64,000 nucleotides of DNA from Catajapyx aquilonaris (taxonomy: Eukaryota): NCBI GenBank assembly GCA_000934665.2, contig KZ538363.1, forward strand, positions 1 to 64,000, given 5' to 3'. Position numbers and translations under genes: made by a program. The notes beneath the pieces are model-generated. The model saw only the letters and a list, made by a program, of their open reading frames with translations, did not search any database and had not been told where the DNA came from. Below, in pieces: positions 39,401 to 52,953 of the stretch (position 1 is the stretch's first letter; the number at the start of each line of letters is the position of its first letter).

Positions 39401-42400
39401 TTCGTTACGTATTCCGATTCGTAATTTCAATGCCCCGAAATACGAGTCAGGCACTTATTCATTGGCCTAGTCCGGAAGAGGGCAGCTGCTGGTTAGTGCA
39501 CCGTATGTGAAAAGGCGACACGCTTGTATTGTCATAAGGGAAAAGCCAGACAGTGACAATAATGGCAACGATCACTTCCTGTCATTTACTGCCTAAATAG
39601 CGCCATGGATGGGGGACATGAGGGTTGGGAAAAAAACAATTTGACACCCCCACCTTATATACCATTAGCATTTCAAAACTGGAATAGCGGATGGCCGAGT
39701 CAAAAATCCTAGAGGAAATTTATGAGCGGAGTCAAAAGACACAATGGAAAGTTATTAATCTTGGACGACGCTGCCCAACTGAACCTTTCTAGTGCACTGC
39801 CTCGTCAATTCGATTTTTTTTCACTTGTTTTCTTTTTTGTCCTGTTCCAGTGCGTTGGGTGTGGGCCATGCTGGATAAGTTTGATAACAAACGCCAACTT
39901 TTCTCTAGGCAAAAATCAAGCGTGTCACATAAATCTCCCTGCCGTAACACTTTAAACGACTCATTATTGTTTGGAGTAATTACATGCCAATATAGAGTGG
40001 CGTCGTCGTAATTATCCTCGGACTGGGTTATTACAAATGAATCTCTGCCATTTACATGTTTCAAGTACATTATTTTTTGCAAGGCGGAATAATCCATAAA
40101 AAAACACTGGTTTGGAGACATTATGAAAATGGAAATTACTGTAAGGCTCATTATTTAATAACAATATACTGCTTTAGGCCATATTTGAAAGTTTGGCGAA
40201 ATTAAATTTCGGGAGATATTTTTTAACTCCATCTTACCTTCGACAGGCTGATTATTTTCAGAAATATGTTATGCAACATATGCGAACATAAAACAGTAGG
40301 TCTTAAATATCTTCAATGTAGACTCCACAGCTAATTACTGAACCTTTCCTACTATATAGTTGTACACTTTTAATCGTTTCAGAGAAAGGCTCGCATTTCC
40401 ATAAAAATTCCCCCCTGGATGAAAATTCATCATCTCCTTCACCAATGTAACATAAAATGCGAACCGGATTGGTTTACGACCCATTTCGAGTTCAGGAGAG
40501 TCAAAGAGAAAGACTTATATTTCCTGACTAACCGCTGAGCAAAAGTTTCAGCTTATTAGTTCCGCAGTTGCCAATTGGACGCACGCACCATATGCACATA
40601 ACTCACCTATTATTTCATTTAGCATGCACCACATGTCCTGTATAACTTTGGAATATCACCTCATACATATTGTCACAACATTTTTATTTTTTCACGACTA
40701 ACATGTTCGCTATTTTTTTTTGTAACGGCTACATCTATATGTTGTTGCTGTTTTTTGTTGTAATATTTGTCAATAATTCGCCAGGTACGGTTGGTGAGAG
40801 GTCCCACAATCGGCAACTGTGTGTTACACTCTGATAAAGGTTAGAAAAGGTCGTCCTAGTCGGTGCTTCAAAAGGTGGCCTACTCCAGAACTTTTAGGAG
40901 AGGAGTATTAAAAGTAGGGAGGCAGGTCGTATAGGTGCCTGTGAGCCGATTTATAGCCTCTGCTCAGTGTCCATTCCTAATTTGAGACCCCACGTTTCTT
41001 TCTACCCTCTGGTCCCGCACATTATATCGCTCACGTTTCCTATAATTATACAGTTATGCGCTGGCGCAGTATTTCTTCTGCCTTTGTCACTTATGGCGTT
41101 GGGATCACACGTTATCCAATAATTGGAGTTGAATTCTTTAAACCTTGCTCTCACATGATGACCATGCAGTAAGACATATGTTGATGTTAAACTCAGATTA
41201 TAGTTGATGTTGTTGTTGTTACTATTTTGAGGCAGTTGTGTTCAGACACAACTGCTTAATATATCCCTTGGACCTAACGGACCGAACGGGTTTTTTGGAT
41301 GCAATGTTCAATGGTGCACGCTATTCGATTAGATCAATTCTCCTTTCATTTCTCTTCCATAGACGTTTTTTTTTCTATCCTTCTTTTTTTTCTCTGGGTC
41401 TCCCCGCCCTGTCGGTTGGTTTTTGCAGGGGGCCAAGCCCATGCGGCTCATTTTTCAACTGCAGTCAATTTCAGCCCGAGTTAGTCCTGAGGGCCTGGTT
41501 GGTATTAATAGAGTGCGGAAGGCGAAGGCAGTCCCAGACTGCCTTGCGCCACATGGCCTCCATTCCCAAAAGGAATTACTGGTGAGTCCCTGCCCTTCTT
41601 CTTCTTCTTCTTCCTCCTCCACTTCTTTTTGCGGTGGCGCAATTTGTCCAATTCACTGCCTTTGAAATGAGCAGCCGCCAGCACAGCCCTTCTTTTTGGC
41701 CGGACACGTCTTGATACGCATTCCGACCGGCTATTCATGCTGGACAAATGGATCGTGTTGGTATTCCACCCAATGCAAAACGGGGTGGGTTATTATTTGA
41801 GCACCGTGTGTGGAAAGGAGGCTGAAGTTTGGACCGCAAAGATTTGGTAATCAGATTCCGATCAAATGAGGCAATTCTGTGGATGAACACATTGGCAGGC
41901 CAAAGAATTCCGATCGTACTTTTCAAGACAATGTTTGGGCATGACCGACCGTGAAATCCTTCACGATCAGGCGGTATTGTCTCGGCTGACAAGTTCATTT
42001 ACATTTCCCGGAGATTCCCGGCTCCAAAGTTTTTCTTATGTGGGGCAACCCGCCATCAAAAAGAAAGAGAAGGAAAATGTACGTCTATGGCAGGACGTAT
42101 TTCACCCTCCTGCAAAACTCCAGACAAAGGTTTGAAAAATTATTGTGATTCAAGTGAGCCAAAGACGGCAGAGCTAGAGATCAACCCCCGTTTCTTGTTC
42201 CAAGAGCCATTAGTCATGGAGCCCTGGCTAAAAATGTGTCTAGGAGGGCCATATCCATGTCGTGATGGGCAGCGGAATTTGGGATGGGGGCGAAAAACGG
42301 AAATTCCTCCTCCCAGCAGTTAGACCCAGCTCTAAAAAAGAAAAAGAAAAGAGGAGAGGTAGTGAGATAGAAAATGAAAAAAAAAAAAAAAGCAGGGACA

Positions 42401-42678
42401 CCATCTCGGATGGTTTTCATCGCTGAAGAAGGAGAAGAGCGTTATTTGACAAACCATCCAGATCTAAACATGCTTCCTTTCAAGCCCGAGTAGACACACG
42501 TCCGTGTGGCTGGGATGCCCGACGTTTTGGCAGCTGAAGGCCAAGGCTTGACTGGAGCACACTTGGAAACCATACCCAACACCATGATCCTGTTCTCTTT
42601 TTTTTCTGTCCGCTGGCCAGGCTCTCTTGAATCTTTTGTCCAGGTATGAGGTCACCTTGAATTATCCGCCTTTTTGCA

Positions 42679-42747
<69 letters not shown>
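42679..42747. repeat. (AAT)23 microsatellite
   Basis: Perfect trinucleotide run. Confidence 0.98.
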
Positions 42748-42749
<2 letters not shown>

Positions 42750-45700
42750 AGCATAACATAAAGTTTCACCATGCCCTGGAGACAGCCATTTCCCTATAAA
42801 ATGAATAAATTTAATTATCCATAGCATTGAGGAGAATCATAAGAACGCAGTCCTGAAGAGAACTATGCAGAAGTCAAGTCCTCCAGAGCTGCCCAACCTG
42901 ATGGTTTATTATTGTTTGAATACAAGCTTGCGCCTGAAAAAATATATACGCCTACCACGAAAAGATGACTCTTCGCGTTAAGAGGATGCAGGCTATATGA
43001 ATAATACGCAGGAAACATAATTTCCCTATCTCTCCCACATTTTCCTGACAGTAGACGGAAACGGTACAAAACAGGATTCAGTTAGCAAGTGTTAAACTGC
43101 GATGCACCCCGCCGAACCTCCTTTTTCTTTATTCTCCGCAGTCTCACAGGAGGGCCCTTTTCTTTTGTTTTCTAAACAGTCTGAGGGAAAAGAGCATCCA
43201 AAAAATGACGTCTCTCACACTCTTCTTCTCCATGAGGTTTTGCTATAATACTAACTTGCTTCATCTACGAAGAACTGCACGTTCAGGTCATAAGTCACGG
43301 ACCGCGCCAGGGGGACGAATAACTTTACATTGCATTTACGTCTGAGAAATGTGGACTGACGCTTGATGAGAAAAATGCGATTTTTTAAAACGCATTACGA
43401 ACTTTTCTTTGGTTTTTTACAATGGCTTTGTCCTAGGTCAGGTGGCCTGTTTTTAACTAGCTTTTAATTCGGCGGAAATGTTCGAGGAATGGCCAGTTTA
43501 CCAGTTTCTTAGTAGCCTTAGCGTTCTCTCTTTAACAATGCCCGGTTTTGTCCCAGACAATTTTCACCGTCAATCCAGCATTTCCAACTGGCTCCAATCA
43601 TACAATAGATGTAAAGTAATATTCAAAAAATACTACTGAGCACATTGTCCATTCAACTGGAGCAAATTGGCACACACGACAAACCAGTCCATAAACCTAA
43701 CTTGAATTAAAGCAAAATGTACGCATCAATTTGTCTTCCGAAAAGCAAAGACCTTCCTTTAGGTGACAGCTTATTATTATTTGTTTAAAACGTCTTATGT
43801 CGCAATTGACAATAGAATCTGCTATTTGCTTTGTTGGTATAATCGGGTGAAACTCAGCAAATAATTGATATTTTTTGCCCAGATTTTAGAACAATTCTTT
43901 GTGATTCACAGATTAATTCTATATACATACGGAACTTGTGCAATTATGGTCACATCCAGACAAAGAATCACAACTTATGTCATTCGACAAGTAACTGTAC
44001 CTTCACCCCCAACTTATGCATGTGATTCAAAATCTCGATCCTTTGGGTATTTCCACAGAAGATCACCTGAACAACACTGTAAATGTTATTCCTCCATGAT
44101 GTTTACGACAAAGCAGTCGAAATTTCCTAGGACAGCATGAATTCGTGTGCTCAGCTTAATCTCCCCGATCAAGAAAGGCGACGTTCTTCATCTCTGCTGA
44201 CTCCAAAAAAGAAAGGTCAACACCAGAGGTTATCTGTTCCGCGTATAACGTATGCTGCATTCCGTGCGTTTCACACGCTTGTATGCCTGCGGGAACGTAT
44301 TGATTTCCCCCCCCCCCCCTCTGACCATGCATTTTCAACCCCCCTAAGTTTTACGGGGCGTGGACACCCTCGTGTCCAAACCTGTATGATCTTCATTAGT
44401 CCGCCCACGGGACGGACCCACCTACCCAGGGAGCAATCAGCAGAAGCCCACTCTATCTCTGCCCCGCTAATTTATCGGGACGGATTCCTACTCGGACGAT
44501 ATCAAGGGCAAAAGGGATCCCCAACTATACATATATGGTTACCAAGGTCTTGCAAGAGCACCCTTGACCTCGGAGGGTGTTTCGCATCTCATTAAAATTT
44601 CCAGTCTTCGCGGAGGTCTTGAGCTTCATGAGGGTCGTCGATATTTATCACCCATGTGCGAATGAACTGTGCCCTACCGAACTCCTCCATTTTAAATACT
44701 GGCTCCGAATATAGGACATGTTCATCCGGCGCCTAGTGTTATTCCGGGCACGTGCGATACGGGAAGGCAATATCTCTTGGGAGTAAAGTGACTGAAAAAA
44801 ATGAGCTGGGCAGAGAAGGAATTCCCTCGTAAACAGCCACGGGCATCTAGTCCGTACCGAAATATGCGTCCAGACCAAAATGACCAAAAAGTATAAAATT
44901 TCATTTGCATACGACTAACATTTTCCGTCAGAAATTACGTTAATAGATTTTTCATATTCTATATACACCAAGAGCTTATTAGCTCTTGTCTATATCTTAT
45001 ATTTCACAACGTATGTCCCCTTGTTCCCAATGCCAATCAATACGGAGCCCTCGACGTATGCCCCAGGGTGATCATTAGGGGTAGTTTTTAACGGAGAAGG
45101 TTTTTAGCACATTGGACTTGACCTCCGAGGTCATCCTTCGCAGCCGGAGGCGAAATGGCAGAAAAGCAGGAACCCCGGATGTAGCATCGATACATCGATT
45201 CATTGAAAGTATTTCATAACCCGAGCAAGGAGTTTTCGAACTGACCTGACGCTATTAATAACTTCTTAAACAAATTTATGAAATTGTTGCATAATTTGTT
45301 TGGCTAATAAAATTGTCCCCTGAGTTATATAATCACCTAAACAGGCCACATTACTCTGACAACCATCAGCCATAATTTATTAACCAAAACTGGCAGTTTT
45401 TAAGAAGGTTAAAATTGGCACGACAAAGCCATCCCTCCCCTTCCTCCTCCTCCAACAACAAAACAACAACAAAAAAAAACATTCTGGAGTCCAGGTAGAC
45501 ACCTGAGGTTAGACGCATTCCACAGGACGTCATGGTGATTCATGAGACTCTGGTGAAACTCTCTCCTTGGCAGCAAAGAAGGCTCGCTGGAGAGGGTATG
45601 GGTGGGTGTTTTTGAGGATGGGGAGGGGGACATGAGGTGGGGGGGGTTGTGCAGGGGTGCATCTCCTATCCCTTTGGAACGCGGCTGGAAATTTATGGAG

Positions 45701-48700
45701 CGCGCACCTGTCCAGCCGGCCCCGAATTCTTCACTGTATTATTTTCTCATTTGTTTGGCCTGGCGTCTATCTGGTTCCAGACGCCAAACCACTGACCGCC
45801 AGACATTTTCATGTGAGCGAGTCAACCCCGAGTTAACGTATTCGACATATTACGCGTCCCAAAAAATGTTAGTGTGCCGTAAATGGCTTTGGACCTGAAA
45901 CTGCTTTGTCACTAATTAATTTTTAACCAACATAAAACACCAAGCACTTGATGCTAGATTAACTTGCAGGTGGAAAGACACCACGCTGCGCACTCGTAAA
46001 GTTCTTTCGTACTCTTGGAAAATCGAGAAATAATTAATACATACAGATAAATGAAGCGATGGGCAGGTTTAACAATTTATCTCCACTTTTGACGCTTTCA
46101 AGATCGAGAAGATCGTGCAGCCCTTCTCATATAGGTTATCAGCTTCTACCTCATATTTAAGCTACTTAATATTTCACCAATCATTTTCATTACTCCATGA
46201 GGCTAATTTTTTTCAATGGTATCGGCTAATAATTTTAATTTTTTTGCCGTTTTACCACTTTGATTATAACTAAAAGGTGGTGCCGGTAGTCGTTATTCCT
46301 CTGCATTCATAGAAATGGACCTCTTCGGGTAGGTTATATTCAAGGTAAAGGCTTGCCAGGGGACCCAAGATGGGGCGGCCTCCATTCAGAGGGCCCAAAT
46401 CCCTCTCCTTAGCAATTTCAATGACGGGTTCGTGTCTCCTACAAGCATCGCCTTTGTGGAGATTAATTTCAACCAGCTGAGCATGAGATCGATTCAATGG
46501 AAGTGACAGTGGAGGAAGAAGAAACATATAAAGAAGGTGAGGCAGGGTTATAATCTTAGCGCCGGGGAAGATCCCCCGCCCGGTGGGGAGTTGCTTGTGT
46601 CAGCGACACGAAAGCGACACAATTGCCGCCCTGCGTTGACAACTTGTCAAGTCCCCGCTGCTCAAGACGAAGGACCTTCATCCAGACCACGACCAAAAGA
46701 GAATACCAATAGGGGATGGCTGGACATGGGCAGGTAATCCTCAGCTACATACAATTGTCATGGTCTGAAGTCCAATAGAGTTGTATATACGCCCGACAGC
46801 TTCCTTGTCCAAATTATTTCGTTCAAAAATCATCTCGTCATCTGCATACTGTTTCGGTCAAATTGTCATTTTGGACATTATTATATTCCGTCATGTTCAT
46901 GTGAAACTTAATCGGACGAAAATGTTTGGAGCAAAATATGGCCCGATGGCAGTGCAAGTGCTGAAGGAATGTGGAGACAACAGCTCCATACCAAAACGTT
47001 GTTTATCCGACGGATTCTCACGGGGGTCGGGACAAGAAAAATCGCCCTGTTTTTCCCCCCACCATCCTATCCCCGCTCACCTCCGTATAGTTGGCGAAGG
47101 AAAAGGAGGAGAGAGAGGCATGGCCATCTCCAGAAGGAACAAAGGTCAGGCAGCACGCCATTCGTTTCAGTCCCAAACCGGGATGAGCGCTAAGAAAACT
47201 TGGAAAAATGACTAGGGTCCCTCCCCAAGCCCCGTGTCAATTCTCTCTCCTTGCTGTGGGCCACAACTCAAAATTAGCCCACCTTGTTGTCCCATCAATA
47301 CCCACGTTCGCACCTTATCGCTGATCCCCCGCCTCTCCATTTTTTATCTAATCTTACTGGAACGCTCCTCAAAAGAAAATTGAAATGAAAAACTGAGAGT
47401 ATCATTCCTCCTGAGCACAAGTACATTTCCCAGGTCAATAACAACAGACCATTAACACCCCCCAATTGAACGTCCCCTTAGGAGAAACATTCCCTTTTGA
47501 CGCCTAGGGAGGCGCCAGAGTAAATAAATAAGGTGTCTGTGGCGAAAGGCAGTCTAGTCCTCCTAGCAGAAGAAGTCAAGGATGAGTCCCAAGTGGTGGT
47601 GGTGGTGGGCCTGGTGGAGGAGCCCCCTCATCGCAACCTGAGAGTCAAGAGGGCCCTACACACAGACAGCAGTATACGGGTTTTGTGCTCTGCCAAGTGG
47701 TGGAGGTTGACACGATGCACGCGGCTTTTTCCATGGGAAAATGCTGCAATAACATGGCCCGAGTGTGAAGGTAAACAAGGCTTAACCACCGCGGGCGACA
47801 AGGTCGGTCTGAGATGGACGTTGTCAAAAGCCCGGATCGTCCCCCCCATAACGGAAGACACTTCTTGCCAATGAACACAACAGTCGGCTAATCCGTGTTG
47901 ACAACACCACTTGAGCAAGTGACCTTATTCTGGTCTCGCCTTGTCTAAAAAGGACGCCTAATCCGCTGTCACCGGGGCCTTCCAAACAGGGGGTGTCTTG
48001 TTTGCTTCCAGGGTATACTAAATGCCATTAGATACGGGTTTTTCGCTCAATTCAAGTTGACCCCCTCCTCATTTATCAAGGACATACTGTACCCCCAAAA
48101 TTATGTCTCTGCTGGCTAATGATCCGCCAAATTCCTTGCAGTTATGCCACACTTTCACCTAAGCACATTCCTTTCCTTCGAGACATTATTTACCCGTACG
48201 TTTGTGAATCGACCTCGGACAGAACATTGCAAAGTGACGGCAATAAGCAATGTCGTAGCAGAATCACAAATTTCAAGTCCTGTTCTCGCAGCTACCACAA
48301 CTGAATACAAAAACATGCTCTTCGCCTTTGGTGTCGTCACCTGGATACATTCCTGGAGTTACTGATCCTATCCGTTGGGCAAAGAGATGCTGAGGATCAC
48401 TCCCTGTCATCTTAATTCCTCGCCACGTTTGGATCCAGGAATACGGTACATAAATCTGACTGTTTGCCGTTTGAGCCGACTGTTATGGGCCAAGGTCACC
48501 CACCTATTAGCACTAAATTCCTTGTTTATGAAAGCCGAGCCCAGGTATGTCCCTCTGCTTGCATGCTCCTTCACGACCGAGAAAGCGATTTATACTCTCC
48601 ACTTCTTTTTTTTTAAGGCTCAAAATTTTTATAGGCAGGACAAATCCTTTCCTCACGCTGGCGGGAAAAGTCGTGGAGCAGTGTCATTCGAGTCCACGCG

Positions 48701-51700
48701 CGGACATTTAGTTTTTCCAGCCGACACCGACTTTTTTTTTCCAACCCCCTCCAAATTTGGCGGGAAAAGACGACAAATCACCTCTTGGTTCAATAGCACA
48801 CTCTTCCTTCCATTCAAAATCGTCCTGACGCGCCTATTTATGTCCCATAGAGGGGGCAGTAATTTTCCTCTAACTACGTTCCAAAAAAGGAGCTTGAGCA
48901 GACCAATTCTAAACATGTCTTACACAAGCGACCATAATGTACGTCGTTAAATGCCTTTGTGCCTGTTGGGTACTTTGCACTACTTGCGGTGCGGCATGGA
49001 ATTTTTAGTTTTGAGATTTTGGATGAAAAAAGAGGTACAGGTATTGGTCAACAAGGTGACAAACAAGTAAGTGGATAAGTAATTTAAGAGTTGCATACTT
49101 AGCCATCGAATATGGGTGGAATATTGATCTAAATATCTAAATCACACTGCATAATAAGTAAATATTTTATAACAGCGTTATATGCGACAGAAATTAACTT
49201 TAACTGAACAAGTTTCCGTTATAGACAGGTGTCGATGTATTCGGAATTCCTTCAATTTGCATCTGTACACTTACTAGGCCACGCCTTCCAATCACGACGA
49301 TTTTACAGTCTTTAATTTTAGTCAACATGTAATCGACCTTCACAAAACTGGCCCGCCAAATCAAATCCCCTTTATTATGCATTCAAATATTTTTTTTGTG
49401 TACACCCTATCCCACCCCCGTCGAAACTCAATCACTTCGTAATAGGCTGTGCATCCCATCCGACATATTCCCACGCTGACAAAAACTTCTCACACCTTTA
49501 AAAAAAAATGACGAACCCCAAAAAATAATTCCTGGAAAGCACCTATTTATATATTAGCCATCACATCAAGTAGGAAATTAGTCCCGAATATTTCCCCACC
49601 CTCCACTGAGACACCCAGTTAACCCCAATATTCCCTCCTACTGATTCTCCAAAAACCAGGACTCATGCTGTTGCAGGTATGTTTCCCTCAACCCCCATGG
49701 CCCGACCCTGGACCTCTCTTTTTTTTCTCCCTCTTTATTCTCCTCTTCTTCCTTCCCTATATATCCCTCCCCTCAAAAAAAAAATCCCCATCCCCAGAGA
49801 GTGTCCAGTGCCTTATACCTCCAGCCCTCTCCCAAAAAACCTCCAAACCCACATTTGCATAAACATTTGGACGGAGCCAGGGGCAGATAAATGGTGGGAG
49901 CCGAAGTGACGTGAGCGCCGCCCGGAGGAAGAATTCCACAACAAAAAATATGGCGACACGCACGCGCAGACCGGATTCCCGACTGCCTGGCGTGGCCGCG
50001 TGCTTCTCATTCCGAAGCTCGGTTTACTTTTCGGTTTTACTAACCATTTACCTCGTTCCTGGTCGTGTCCTACCAGTGTTCGGAGGGGTTGTACAGGCTA
50101 CTGCCTTCTTCCCCAAATTGCACCTCGGAAGGACCCGTGCTTTCAAGGTGTCTTTTTCAGCATTATGTGTGCATTTAGTAGGTAAATGTGTTTAAAAAAT
50201 TAATGTACTAGCTACTGTTAGGTTTAGTAAATGTGAAAATGTGTTATGGCGTCCTCCTTGCATAAATGGGGCACCTATTAAAATAGGTGACCCCCAGCCC
50301 CATAACAGACAGTTTCTATGCACTTTCTGTCAGCAAATTTGAAGCTTACCTGTTGCCGTGATGGAATTTTCGTATTCACACAAAACTGCTTTGTTGTTGC
50401 ATCCATCACATCTGAAACAAAGCCATAATTTTTGTTAGTTACACACTTTGTAGCCAAATGCAGCGGTTTCCCACGCTGTTTTCTAACCAGAAAAAAAAAG
50501 CATTACAAGTTCAGTGTCATGACTCCCAGCAATATAACTCACCTCAAGTCCCCTTACCCTTTGTAGAAATGTAATTTATTTAGTTACTGGCACGGGTACA
50601 GTCCTTGAATTATAGCCATAACAATACATCTTGGTATTCATGCAACTTTCATATACAAAATGCAACGTTACTTTTTTTTTACTTTCTTATTTATAGCAAT
50701 AAAATTGCTTCAGGTGACCCGTCAAGATGCAAGTGGATTGACCTTGCCTGGCTGTACAAGGCAATTCAGGAAACATAATCTGCATTGCGAAAGGGCATTA
50801 TTTGCCAGCAGAGCAGCCAATGACCTGTGTGTACGGCAGCACTCAAGAAATCTGAATAACGGCAATAAAGAAATGTGACAAACAAGCGCTAGATGACATG
50901 TCGCGAACCCTCTCCGCCAGTTTACATAAATATATCTTTTCGCACTTGGTCCACTTGTAATTCCGAGTAGGCGAAATGGTCAAACAAATAAATTCCTGGC
51001 ACAAATCCCATCATTGCGACTAGACAGCTTTTTTTTCACCACACGGTCATATTATAAATTACAACGAGCCCAGGCGACGAGTGCTATTAGGGCCGTCATT
51101 ATTCATAATTTGCCATTTTTTACGTACTTTATTACATGTAGATTGTAGTTAGTTTTTTCAAACCCACCCTATATAACGGTCAGACAATAACTTACGAACT
51201 GATATATTTGCCGCCCCCTTTTTACGGCCTTTCATCTAAAAAGGCAATTACGACAATGCGGACAGTAATTAAACGAACACGCACTCGACATCGCGACTTG
51301 TCCGCATGGTTTTCATGTCTATAAAGTGACGGTAAGTTACGACGTCAATGTCCGAGCGCCCGAGATGTCCTCGGTGAATAGGACACCCGACCGATATGTC
51401 CGTCGCACCAACCCCAAAATCGCCATTAACGTGACAATCAACAACCTGCCCTTTTGTTCACTCCGTGCTAAATTACACCGCTGTTGACAAGGACCCAGCA
51501 AAACCAGTAACTCCAAGCCTTGAAAATATATGGATGCAACAATGTCCCCATCATCATCATCATCATGGAGGGAAATGACACTCTTCCGGATATACTTCTT
51601 CCTATAAGTCACGAGGGTAATTTTAATCGCTTGGTGTTGTCAAGCATTGGGTTTTGGTGGGTCGAGAGGGCAATCAGTGCCCCCAGGGGCGAGGTCACGA

Positions 51701-52863
51701 TTTGCCTCCATCCTTGACAATGCTGTTCGTTACCGGGCAATCTGCCGCTTCTTATATCCCTCGAAGCACCATGTCAACCCCTGGATGGTGTTTTTCCAGT
51801 GATGGACCACCGATTATTTGGGGGGGGGGGGGCGNATGTCGTCGTGGTAACCAGAACAAGGCCGATTCATCAACGATGGTCGCGTTCGATGGACCGTCAA
51901 AGTGGATTCATAAGTATCAAAAATCTGACTCATAATATAGTATTACCATATAGGCTAATGGAACACAGGACGTACCATTGTTAACATGAAGCTTTCAATG
52001 TAGTGTAAAATTATTGTTAATAATAATTATTTGGCCTACTCGATTTTTGAAAGGGAGCTTCTACAGCTCGCTTGTGGCAAAAGGTGGCCAAAAAATACAC
52101 ATCAAAAATATCGGAATCGATATATTGGCTGTCACTCGTGCAAATCTACACCAATTTATTACAGAGAGATTAAGCATCATCGTCGCAATGCGTCATGATC
52201 AATACCAGTTTTTTTCAGTCTCAACCAACATTTCGATCCATCCTATTGCACTACACTCTTCCATTGTTGTAACCAGTCATCCCAATTAGCCAGCCATGTA
52301 TAAGCCCCCTCCATAAATATTTTAAAATTTACAGTGGCATGCACATTGGCGCATGTTTGGCCGGACGCCACCCATCCCCCTGCTGCTACTGGATACGCCC
52401 ATGCCATCAGAGCCAATCAAATCACCGCAGAAAATCCCAGCAATGCCGCGACTGATACGCATATTGCGTAACAATTACACGCATCGTGCAGGCATTATTT
52501 AAAATAATAATGTTCCACCTTCCGGCCTGTCATTCTCCCGCACTATAGACGTTTTCCGTGCCCAAGTCATTCGGCGGGGCTTATATTGCATGACCTCGGT
52601 ATGTCAAGCCACATACCAAATGACAAACAGTACTGTGTGCCGCAATTATAAATACGCGGGAGAAAGACCATGTGCGCCATCAACGGAAGGTGTCGTCAGG
52701 CAGGTGTCCTGGATTTTCATGCCTATTGTCTCTCCATGTCGCTCAGGGCTCCGTGTCACACTTGATGTCTCTGCGACTCTCCATCGAATTGCCGATACTT
52801 CCTGTGATACTCGCTAGCCGCAGTACCTATAACCACACTCTTTGGAATGTGAAAGGGGCAATG

Positions 52864-52865
<2 letters not shown>

Positions 52866-52952
<87 letters not shown>
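52866..52952. repeat. Compound microsatellite (AAT)18(AGT)11
   Basis: An AAT run (52866-52919) switches in phase to an AGT run (52920-52952). Confidence 0.97.

Positions 52953-52953
<1 letters not shown>

Noticed and set aside
48375..48950. 191-aa ORF (also 201-aa ORF 61943-62548, 178-aa ORF 33428-33964, 168-aa ORF 37056-37562)
   Set aside because: They have no recognisable domain, their composition resembles translated non-coding DNA, and there is no coherent exon structure.
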